Shown here: in pieces, positions 1-6,626 of the stretch | How positions within the stretch are numbered: position 1 is the first letter of the stretch | Layout of the letters: each line of letters starts with the position of its first letter | Origin: a virus | Lineage: Duplodnaviria > Heunggongvirae > Uroviricota > Caudoviricetes > Crassvirales | Reading direction: 5' to 3' (one strand) | Virus record (IMG/VR): IMGVR_UViG_3300028048_000093 | Length of the DNA stretch: 40,086 nucleotides | Program-made: the position numbers and the translations under genes | The notes under the pieces: generated by a model | Told to the model about the DNA's origin: nothing | The model's database searches: none | Seen by the model: the letters and a program-made list of their open reading frames with translations, nothing else

Positions 1-24
1 TCCTCGAACCTTGGTTCTGGTCTA
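1..24 (+). repeat. DGR variable repeat (3' end)
   Basis: tcctcgaaccttggttctggtcta versus TR aacacgaacattggttctagtcta: 16/16 non-A positions identical, 5 of 8 A positions changed. Confidence 0.93.
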
Positions 25-45
25 CACGTTACACTGCAAGACTAA
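1..45 (+). CDS. C-terminal fragment of the DGR target protein (probably tail fibre/receptor-binding protein with a C-type-lectin-like end); 5'-truncated
   Basis: Frame 1 reads SSNLGSGLHVTLQD* with TAA at 43-45, in the same frame as the TR translation NTNIGSSL. The product call is inferred from typical phage DGR targets. Confidence 0.8.
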   Translation, partial: SSNLGSGLHVTLQD

Positions 46-59
46 AGATAACATTTGGA

Positions 60-98
60 GGAGGGATGCTCTTAGCATTGAGGAGCGAGTATTCCTCC
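60..98 (+). other. Stem-loop downstream of the VR (candidate DGR target-recognition hairpin or terminator)
   Basis: ggagggatgctc (60-71) pairs with gagtattcctcc (87-98) using G-T wobbles. An alternative small hairpin atgct-ctt-agcat lies at 66-78. Confidence 0.55.
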
Positions 99-138
99 CC
101 CATTTTCAAAGGTCTTTAATTAATAAAAGGGTAAAGTT

Positions 139-465
139 ATGATTTTCAGAAGCTGTTTTACTGAAATGCCAACTCCTAAGGAGTGGGGTAATAAGTTTAT
201 TGTTCCCATCGCTATTGAGGAGACTTCTCAGGTAGATGGTGAGGGCAATGAGGTTCCTGTTTTCACCGCTGATATTATCAATGGTGTTGAGTCACTTACA
301 GTGACTGGTATTGTTAAGGCTGCTGTGGCAGCTGAGTTCTCTCAGAGTGATGTCGATTATGTCATGCTGAATATCGGTAAGTCCAAGGATGCTAAGGTTA
401 AGGCTTACACAGCCTTCGTAGCTAAAATCACTGAGGCAGCTGAGGCAGCAGGATATACAGACTAA
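139..465 (+). CDS. Small acidic protein between VR and TR (possible fibre-associated or DGR accessory protein; not Avd-like)
   Basis: 108-aa ORF with an A-rich leader and phage-typical codon usage; beta-like N-half, helical Ala-rich C-half. Confidence 0.75.
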   Translation: MIFRSCFTEMPTPKEWGNKFIVPIAIEETSQVDGEGNEVPVFTADIINGVESLTVTGIVKAAVAAEFSQSDVDYVMLNIGKSKDAKVKAYTAFVAKITEAAEAAGYTD

Positions 466-470
466 ATACA

Positions 471-510
471 GGTCGGGGGTTGTTCCCACGAATGACTCCC
501 CACCTTTTTT
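471..510 (+). terminator. Imperfect GC-rich hairpin plus T6 tract just upstream of the TR
   Basis: ggtcgggggttgttc-ccac-gaatgactccccacc followed by tttttt. Confidence 0.6.
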
Positions 511-541
511 AACTTTTCTAATAAAGTCCTTTACAGGTTAG

Positions 542-655
542 TATATCTACAACACTCATTTTGGCAACAATGCTAATAACACGAATTGTGTTCTACGCAA
601 TGCTAATGTCAACAATGCTCCTTCTAATGCTAACACGAACATTGGTTCTAGTCTA
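542..655 (+). repeat. DGR template repeat (5' boundary approximate)
   Basis: 560-655 reads FGNNANNTNCVLRNANVNNAPSNANTNIGSSL with 12 AAY codons in 32. Its 3' end matches the VR at 1-24, and it lies directly upstream of the RT. Confidence 0.92.
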
Positions 656-821
656 ACGTATGTATAAAAAATAAAGATTCTTTTCAGAACTTGTGTTGGG
701 ATATGCGACCTCACCAGCAGTGTGAAACATAAAAGACAAGCCACTATACAACGAGGGTGGATGCTTGTTAGTAAGGGTACTATACTTGTATTCGGAAAGC
801 TAGTAAATTAATACATACTGT
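656..821 (+). ncRNA. Structured TR-RT spacer, probably the 3' part of the DGR RNA
   Basis: Non-coding spacer with hairpin acaagc-cact...ggtg-gat-gcttgt (736-768). In characterised DGRs the TR-downstream spacer carries the priming elements. Confidence 0.45.
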
Positions 822-2135
822 ATGAAAACAGTGAATAATGTCTTTGACTATATGTGTAGCCGTGAAGTTATTAGAGAGGCTATATATAATGGGGCTAAAG
901 GTAAGCACTCATATAAGGAAGTCAGAGAGGTATTGAACAACATTGACTGGTACATTGAGGATTTAAGGTTTCAGTTACTGAACAACAAATTCATTCCTTC
1001 ACCATATAATGTGGACCTTAGGAAAACAGAGTATGGAAAGGAAAGGGAGATATTCAAGCTCCCATTCTACCCAGACAGGGTAGTACAACACTGCATAGCA
1101 ATAGTAATGAAGGCAAGATGGGAAAAAGCCCTCACCTATGATACTTATGCTTGCCTCAAGGGGAGAGGCATTAATTGCAGGAACCCCAATTTCAACATAG
1201 TAAGAAAAGTCCAAGATGCCATTATAAATGACCCTGTAGGCACACAACACTGCCTTAAGATGGACATCAAGAAGTGCTATCCCAATGTGGATAACTACAT
1301 AATGGCTCAGACAAACAGAAGGTATTGCAGGGATAAGAGGCTACTAAACCTCTTAGATATGATAACCTTCAACTGTAAGGGCCTGCCCATTGGTAATTAT
1401 CTGTCTCAGTTACAGATTAATATCTACCTTGCACCTATGGACAGGTTTATAAAAGAGGTGCTAAAGGTCAAACATTACTTCAGGTACATGGATGACATAG
1501 TTATCTTTGGTGAGACCAAAGAAGAACTACAGACTATTCAGTGGAGGTTGATGAACTTTGTTTATTATAACCTCAACATGGTCTTTAATAATAAGAGACA
1601 AGTATTCAAGATAGGGTATAACAAGAGACAAAGAGGACTTGATTTCGTAGGTTATGTCTTTTACAGATACCACACTTGGCTTAGGAAGAGAGTCAAGACT
1701 AATATGTGGAGAAAGAGACACCTTGAAAGGAGTATGTCATCATACCTTGGTATGTCAAAGTCTTGCAATAGTACCCATCTTATGAACCTTATATTGAACA
1801 ACGTGGAGGATAGAGAAGAAGTAGAGGAGCTTTCCACAGTCCCAGGTTTGATTAAATACAAATCTAAATACTATGCCAAGACTGGCATACATAAGATAGT
1901 GGATAAGCCCATCATCCTGCTAGACTTTGATTTAAGGAAGTCAAGGCAGAACCCAAGAAAGACATTTATGATTCTCAGGTTTATGAATGAAGAGCTAGGG
2001 AAGAAGCAATTCATTTGGGGAGAGTTCCAAGCACTAGTCTTTGTACTGGAGCAGTTTGACAGGGACACCTTCAAGCCTAAGAAGACTATGATAAGGTATA
2101 ACAACTTTTATTATTTCAATAACACAATAGAATAG
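822..2135 (+). CDS. DGR reverse transcriptase with a C-terminal extension
   Basis: Motifs GKEREIFKLPFYPDRVVQH, YACLKGRG, LKMDIKK, GLPIGNYLSQL, YFRYMDD and GLDFVGY; about 110 extra residues follow the thumb region. Confidence 0.96.
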   Translation: MKTVNNVFDYMCSREVIREAIYNGAKGKHSYKEVREVLNNIDWYIEDLRFQLLNNKFIPSPYNVDLRKTEYGKEREIFKLPFYPDRVVQHCIAIVMKARWEKALTYDTYACLKGRGINCRNPNFNIVRKVQDAIINDPVGTQHCLKMDIKKCYPNVDNYIMAQTNRRYCRDKRLLNLLDMITFNCKGLPIGNYLSQLQINIYLAPMDRFIKEVLKVKHYFRYMDDIVIFGETKEELQTIQWRLMNFVYYNLNMVFNNKRQVFKIGYNKRQRGLDFVGYVFYRYHTWLRKRVKTNMWRKRHLERSMSSYLGMSKSCNSTHLMNLILNNVEDREEVEELSTVPGLIKYKSKYYAKTGIHKIVDKPIILLDFDLRKSRQNPRKTFMILRFMNEELGKKQFIWGEFQALVFVLEQFDRDTFKPKKTMIRYNNFYYFNNTIE

Positions 2136-2146
2136 GAGAAGTAATT

Positions 2147-2269
2147 ATGGCAACAAAATCAAGCTCTAAATCAACATCTTCGAGACCCACTAGCAGACCT
2201 AAGCCTATGCCTAGGAAGTCAGGACTATCTAAGGGAAGACCATACTGCGGTGGAGGAAAACTTAAGTAA
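2147..2269 (+). CDS. 40-aa basic Ser/Lys/Arg/Pro-rich peptide (not in the ORF track)
   Basis: ATG at 2147 after aggagaagtaatt; translates MATKSSSKSTSSRPTSRPKPMPRKSGLSKGRPYCGGGKLK*. It fills the gap between the RT and the next gene and has no acidic residues. Confidence 0.7.
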   Translation: MATKSSSKSTSSRPTSRPKPMPRKSGLSKGRPYCGGGKLK

Positions 2270-2657
2270 GGTACTATACAAAATAATCCTGTATATGCTC
2301 AAGGTAATCCCCTATGTGATAGCAGCGGGATATATAGCATATACAGGGTTTGCTTTTTATGGCATAGATTTGATATGGGTAAGCTATATAGTACATTTAT
2401 CATTCCTGCCCTGGCTCTTTGTCTATCTTTCATCTTGGGTATTCAGGTTCTGTTATATCCACAGGATGCCCCTCTACTATATACTGGTAAACGACAGTAT
2501 AACAGTGATAGATGCCTACCTTGGCATCCCGATAGATATATTTGAGCTGTTCATGCTTCATTCAGTCATACTGGGAATATTCATCTTTATAATCATGTGG
2601 TGGTATGTTAAGCATCATAAGGGGCCTGTTGGCAGGCATTATAGAAGACATAGATAG
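2250..2657 (+). CDS. Hypothetical multi-pass membrane protein
   Basis: 135 aa with about four hydrophobic segments and a basic C-terminal tail; GTG start overlapping the peptide ORF. Confidence 0.75.
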   Translation: MEENLSKVLYKIILYMLKVIPYVIAAGYIAYTGFAFYGIDLIWVSYIVHLSFLPWLFVYLSSWVFRFCYIHRMPLYYILVNDSITVIDAYLGIPIDIFELFMLHSVILGIFIFIIMWWYVKHHKGPVGRHYRRHR

Positions 2658-2892
2658 TGGTAACTCCAATATAACATCAGAGCAGCAGGAACAGATTGTA
2701 AACCTGCTGAATGACATCAGAGACCCCAAGTTAAGCAAGTATCAGGCTTGCAAGTTCCTGAACATGAGCAGGGCTAAGTTTGATAATCTTGTGAGAGAAG
2801 GAGTTATCAAAAGGGGTGAAAAGCAAGCTGGTTTCAAGGAACTCTTTTGGAGGAAACGGGATTTGCAAAACATTACTAAAGAACATAGCTGA
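2605..2892 (+). CDS. Helix-turn-helix DNA-binding protein (excisionase/MerR-like fold)
   Basis: LSKYQACKFLNMSRAKFDNLVREGVI resembles HTH_17-type excisionase HTH, followed by a W-containing wing (ELFWRKRDL). Confidence 0.7.
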   Translation: MLSIIRGLLAGIIEDIDSGNSNITSEQQEQIVNLLNDIRDPKLSKYQACKFLNMSRAKFDNLVREGVIKRGEKQAGFKELFWRKRDLQNITKEHS

Positions 2893-2910
2893 TAATCAGC
2901 CACTTATACA

Positions 2911-2944
2911 AAGGCTAGCATCATTATGGTGCTAGCCTTTTTTG
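2911..2944 (+). terminator. Rho-independent terminator
   Basis: aaggctagcatca-tta-tggtgctagcctt followed by a T run. Confidence 0.75.
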
Positions 2945-2947
2945 TTG

Positions 2948-2955
2948 TAACTTTG
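2948..2955 (+). promoter_or_regulatory. Bacteroidota-type -7 promoter element TAnnTTTG
   Basis: taactttg, 58 nt before the 3014 start; no clear TTG at the spacing seen in the other four promoters. Confidence 0.6.
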
Positions 2956-3013
2956 CATCGTCAACTAGTACTAAATGACACAATTAACTAACAACTAACA
3001 CAAACACAAAATT

Positions 3014-3814
3014 ATGGCTGACGAGAAAATTTACACAAGTGAGTCTCCTGCCCTTACTGGTGCTCTGGTAGGTTCTATGCTGAACAAGGGTGGTGACAAT
3101 GACTTTGCAACACTGGCTGCTATGAATGGTGGCATGGGTGGTGCTTGGAACAACCCCTTCATCTATCTTGTATGGATGATGTTCGCACAGAGGTACATGG
3201 GTGGTCAAGGTGGTGATGTCAATGCACAGATTGCATCCCTACAGGGTGTAGTGCAGGATAACCACAACTCAGACCTCCTGATGCAGGCTGTGAATGGTAG
3301 CACAGAAGCTGTTCAGGACCTTGCAGTAGCTATGAACGCTAACTTCGGTCAGGTTAATGCGGCTATCTGTGGTGTAAGAAATGGCATCACTGAGGCTAAT
3401 GGTAACATTCAGCTTGCTGCTGAGAGAATGATTGCTAACAACAATATGCAGTCAGGCATCCTAGGTAGTAAGATTGACTCTGTAGGTTGTGGTATCAAGA
3501 CTGCAATCCTAGAGCAGGGTTATCAGAACCAGCTGAACAACTGCCAACAGACTAACACAATCCTGTTGCAGAGCCAAAGTCTACAGAATGCAGTCCAGAA
3601 TGGTTTCACCCAGATTGGATTCCAGAGTGAAAGAAATGCTTGTGATGTCAAGGAGACATCTATTGCTAACACTCAGAAGATTATCGACACCCTCAACAAC
3701 CACTGGCAGCTTGAGTCTCAGACTACTATCCAACAGCTGAGGGATGAGATTGGCAGACTGAATCAGACTAATGCACTGATTGCAGCCCTTAAGACAACTA
3801 CAGCTACAACCTAA
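3014..3814 (+). CDS. Hypothetical Asn/Gln-rich protein with a Gly-rich hydrophobic N-terminus and long helical region
   Basis: 266-aa ORF with an A-rich leader; segment GGMGGAWNNPFIYLVWMMF followed by an amphipathic N/Q/A-rich region. Confidence 0.8.
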   Translation: MADEKIYTSESPALTGALVGSMLNKGGDNDFATLAAMNGGMGGAWNNPFIYLVWMMFAQRYMGGQGGDVNAQIASLQGVVQDNHNSDLLMQAVNGSTEAVQDLAVAMNANFGQVNAAICGVRNGITEANGNIQLAAERMIANNNMQSGILGSKIDSVGCGIKTAILEQGYQNQLNNCQQTNTILLQSQSLQNAVQNGFTQIGFQSERNACDVKETSIANTQKIIDTLNNHWQLESQTTIQQLRDEIGRLNQTNALIAALKTTTATT

Positions 3815-3823
3815 GAACTTTGA

Positions 3824-3856
3824 GATTGGGGGTAGGTTGAGTCCTACCCCACAATC
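3824..3856 (+). other. Intergenic GC-rich hairpin without a T tract
   Basis: gattgggggtagg-ttgagt-cctacccc(a)caatc. Confidence 0.65.
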
Positions 3857-3869
3857 CCTGTAAATCCAA

Positions 3870-4337
3870 ATGACTATGTTATTCAAAGACGTAAAGCAGG
3901 GTTATCCCCTATACATATTTGACAGAAACAATGTCTCTATCAAGACTGGAAGTGTGACTGCTGTCACATTCCCACATATTAGTACCAAGCCTAATGGTGG
4001 TATGGTAGTTGATGTGACTGTCACTATTGATGGTGCAACACAACAATATGAGATAAGAGACACATCAGAGTGTGCCTATGTAGGAACCACAATGCTCTCT
4101 CCTAACATTGAGTCAGTACTTAATGAGGTTAGACTACTGAGGGCACAAAGTGAAGAAGCTATCAAGTCAGTGGACAAGCATAAGGAGAATATATCCAAGT
4201 GTACTACTCTGCTTACTGAATTTGACCCAGTATATAAAGAGAAGCAGGCTAATGAGCAGAGACTCACCAATATTGAGAACTCCATAGAGAAACTGACTAA
4301 TATACTTGAGAAGATGAACACTAATAAACTGATTTAA
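3870..4337 (+). CDS. Hypothetical protein (beta-rich N-domain plus C-terminal coiled coil)
   Basis: 155-aa ORF co-oriented in the operon; heptad-like C-terminus. Confidence 0.8.
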   Translation: MTMLFKDVKQGYPLYIFDRNNVSIKTGSVTAVTFPHISTKPNGGMVVDVTVTIDGATQQYEIRDTSECAYVGTTMLSPNIESVLNEVRLLRAQSEEAIKSVDKHKENISKCTTLLTEFDPVYKEKQANEQRLTNIENSIEKLTNILEKMNTNKLI

Positions 4338-4339
4338 CT

Positions 4340-4831
4340 ATGACACTGATTGAACTTATTAAGAAATATGGAGCTAACAAGGGTGAAGATACTATGTGGG
4401 CTAGTGTTGAACTCCTATCTAAAACTCTTCAAGACAAACTGACTGATGCTGAGTTCACTGAACTCAAGAAGAGGATGCACTACATTATGGTGGGTGGTCA
4501 CTATGACAAGGAGTTTGCTGAACTACAGATGCCTAAGATGTACTATGAGGACACTGATGGCACAAAGCACTATGCACCATACTGGACTGAGGATGAGGTT
4601 AGAACCCTCTATTCTGAGGTCAAGGGTAAGATAGAGGACTACAACTTCTATGACTTTGAGGTAGCACTTAACATGATTAAGAGTGACTACTGCCCATTGC
4701 TCAAGAGGTGGTTCCCTGATGAAAGCAAGGAAGACCATATCAGAAGGCTTGTTGCTCTTACTGTAAACTGGTTGTCTGATGAGGATAACCCATTTGGAAC
4801 TGAGAAGGTTTGGTTGTATTTCAACCATTAA
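4340..4831 (+). CDS. Hypothetical helical, aromatic-rich protein
   Basis: 163-aa ORF starting 2 nt after the upstream stop codon. Confidence 0.8.
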   Translation: MTLIELIKKYGANKGEDTMWASVELLSKTLQDKLTDAEFTELKKRMHYIMVGGHYDKEFAELQMPKMYYEDTDGTKHYAPYWTEDEVRTLYSEVKGKIEDYNFYDFEVALNMIKSDYCPLLKRWFPDESKEDHIRRLVALTVNWLSDEDNPFGTEKVWLYFNH

Positions 4832-4836
4832 ACTAT

Positions 4837-4864
4837 AGGGAGAGGCATTAACCTCTCCCTTTTT
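4837..4864 (+). terminator. Rho-independent terminator
   Basis: agggagagg-cattaa-cctctccct followed by tttt. Confidence 0.8.
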
Positions 4865-4889
4865 GTTTATTAGTAAATTACTTAAGGGC

Positions 4890-4920
4890 TTGTATATTAC
4901 AAAAATTATGCTTACCTTTG
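4890..4920 (+). promoter_or_regulatory. Bacteroidota-type promoter TTG-N20-TAnnTTTG for the lysis cassette
   Basis: ttg at 4890-4892 and tacctttg at 4913-4920. Confidence 0.75.
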
Positions 4921-4942
4921 TACCCTGATAAAAGAATTAGCT

Positions 4943-5554
4943 ATGAAGAAGTATATTTATGGAGCAATACTTGCCCTGTTTCTTGCCTTAGTTGGCTATT
5001 GTCAATATGAGCATCACCAGGCTGTCAAGTATCAGGAGCTGTACTCTGTTGCAGCAGCTAACAATAAGGCTTATGAGAGTGACCTTGCAGCAAACAGTGA
5101 GCAGGCAAAGATGTATCAGCTGACTGTTGACCAACTTCACTCTTCCAATGATTCCCTCATTCAGGAACTCTTGCAGGTCCAGAAGGAGAGAAAGATAAAG
5201 GACTCTAAGATAGAAGCCCTTGCCTATCAGCTGTCAAAAGCCACTAGGAGAGATACTCTCAGGCTAAAGGACACCATCTTTGTTGATTCTGTAAATATTG
5301 ATACACTCATTAGTGATAAGTGGTACTCACTAGACCTTAGTCTTCAGTACCCTTCAACCATAGCAGTCTCACCTACATTTAAGAGTGAGAGGTATGTGAT
5401 TATCAATGCTAAAAGGGAGACAATCAACAAACCGTCAAAGATATTCTTTATTCGCTGGTTTCAAAAGAAGCATACTGTCATCTATGTTGATGTGGAAGAG
5501 AAGAACCCATACATAACTATTGACAAACAAAAATTTATTAAGATTGTAAAATGA
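4943..5554 (+). CDS. Putative spanin-like lysis protein
   Basis: N-terminal TM/signal segment, long coiled coil and beta-rich C-domain; first gene of the holin/endolysin cassette. Confidence 0.55.
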   Translation: MKKYIYGAILALFLALVGYCQYEHHQAVKYQELYSVAAANNKAYESDLAANSEQAKMYQLTVDQLHSSNDSLIQELLQVQKERKIKDSKIEALAYQLSKATRRDTLRLKDTIFVDSVNIDTLISDKWYSLDLSLQYPSTIAVSPTFKSERYVIINAKRETINKPSKIFFIRWFQKKHTVIYVDVEEKNPYITIDKQKFIKIVK

Positions 5555-5904
5555 TGGAAATATTCAGCACTGAGGTAATTATTGCTGGCATAGGGGTTCT
5601 TTCTACTATTGTCAGTGGCTGGGGTTCTTGGTTCTTTGCTAGGAAGAAGTATAACAGTGAGGTTGACAACAACCTCATTGAGAATATGCAGAAATCATTG
5701 GATTTCTACATGAAGCTGTCTGATGATAACAAGGACAGACTTGATGAAGCACTCAAGAGGAATGACCAGCTAGAAAAAGAAATGTTCCAGCTTAGGCAGC
5801 AGGTGTTTGAACTGATGAATAACATCTGCTATGATATGACCTGCACCTTAAGGCAGCGTGAGTCTAAGAAGAAGGTTCCTAAAGTACCACATAAGGATGG
5901 ATAA
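5551..5904 (+). CDS. Putative holin-like protein
   Basis: Single N-terminal TM helix (VIIAGIGVLSTIVSGWGSWFF) plus coiled coil, directly upstream of the endolysin. Confidence 0.6.
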   Translation: MMEIFSTEVIIAGIGVLSTIVSGWGSWFFARKKYNSEVDNNLIENMQKSLDFYMKLSDDNKDRLDEALKRNDQLEKEMFQLRQQVFELMNNICYDMTCTLRQRESKKKVPKVPHKDG

Positions 5905-5905
5905 T

Positions 5906-6520
5906 ATGGCTGTATTGAAGAAAGGTAGTAGGGGTGAAGAGGTTAAGAAACTACAAAAGCTTCTCAACCTGTATGCTGATGGTATCTTTGGCCCACTCAC
6001 TGAGGAGAGAGTTAAGGAGTTCCAGAAGGCTAATGGCTTGATTGCTGATGGTATAGTAGGTGATAAGACTTGGGAGAAACTCAATGGAAGCACTGAACTT
6101 AAGCAGTCTAAGAGGTCTATCAATCTTATTGTGGTACACTGTTCTGCTACAAAGGAAGGTCTTGACTATACTACAGCTGATATTAAGAAGTGGCATCTTG
6201 CAAGAGGCTTCTCTGACATTGGCTACCATTATGTAATCTATAGGGATGGTAGTGTCCACAATGGCAGGGATGTCAATATAAGTGGTGCCCACTGTGAGGG
6301 TCATAACTCTCATAGTATTGGGGTATGCTACATTGGTGGCTTGGATAAGAATGGTAAGGAGTGTGACACAAGGACTGATGCACAGAAAGCAGCTCTTGTC
6401 AAACTCTTGAAGACCCTTAAGGGTATGTACCCTAAGGCTACTATACATGGTCACAATGAGTATGCTAACAAGAAGTGTCCTTGCTTTGATGCTTATAAGG
6501 AGTATAAAACCCTAAAATAA
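5906..6520 (+). CDS. Endolysin: peptidoglycan-binding domain plus T7-lysozyme-like N-acetylmuramoyl-L-alanine amidase
   Basis: LKKGSRGEEVKKLQ...ADGIFGPLT...ADGIVGDKTW (PG-binding); IVVHCSAT, IGYHYVI, GAHCEGHN, HGHNE...KKCPCFD (Zn amidase). Start moved from 5858 to the ATG at 5906, 1 nt after the upstream stop. Confidence 0.93.
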   Translation: MAVLKKGSRGEEVKKLQKLLNLYADGIFGPLTEERVKEFQKANGLIADGIVGDKTWEKLNGSTELKQSKRSINLIVVHCSATKEGLDYTTADIKKWHLARGFSDIGYHYVIYRDGSVHNGRDVNISGAHCEGHNSHSIGVCYIGGLDKNGKECDTRTDAQKAALVKLLKTLKGMYPKATIHGHNEYANKKCPCFDAYKEYKTLK

Positions 6521-6531
6521 CTAAGTGATTT

Positions 6532-6595
6532 ACTTTACTACCCCTAAGGAACTGACTTAAGGTCTTGCGGGGTAGTAAAGTTTTGTGTAACTTTG
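6532..6595 (+). promoter_or_regulatory. 13-bp inverted repeat overlapping a TTG-N20-TAnnTTTG promoter for the capsid operon
   Basis: actttactacccc (6532-6544) and ggggtagtaaagt (6569-6581); ttg at 6565-6567, taactttg at 6588-6595. Confidence 0.75.
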
Positions 6596-6626
6596 CACTT
6601 GTTTAACAAACTAATTAGGAGAATTT

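Larger units (their letters stand above)
1..2135 (+). mobile_element. Diversity-generating retroelement (VR 3' end, small ORF, TR, RT); 5' part lies outside the window
   Basis: Bases 1-24 match 632-655 with 5 mismatches, all at TR adenines. The TR is AAY-codon rich. The RT downstream has DGR-type GLPIGNYLSQ and YMDD motifs. Confidence 0.95.

Noticed and set aside
139-465. Calling this ORF avd
   Set aside because: It is acidic with a beta-like N-half, unlike the basic four-helix Avd; position alone is insufficient.
822-2135. RT as a group II intron, retron or Abi-type defence RT
   Set aside because: An adjacent TR/VR pair with adenine-only mismatches and the GLPIGNxxSQ motif fit a DGR. No intron domain V/VI, maturase/HNH domain or msr-msd repeats were seen.
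2987-3013. AAC-rich stretch as a second DGR template
   Set aside because: It is short and non-coding, lacks the TR codon pattern, and is explained as an A-rich Bacteroidota translation leader.
5858-5905. Endolysin start at 5858 as given in the ORF track
   Set aside because: It is a GTG deep inside the holin gene. The ATG at 5906 forms the recurrent TAA-T-ATG junction and begins the PG-binding domain directly.
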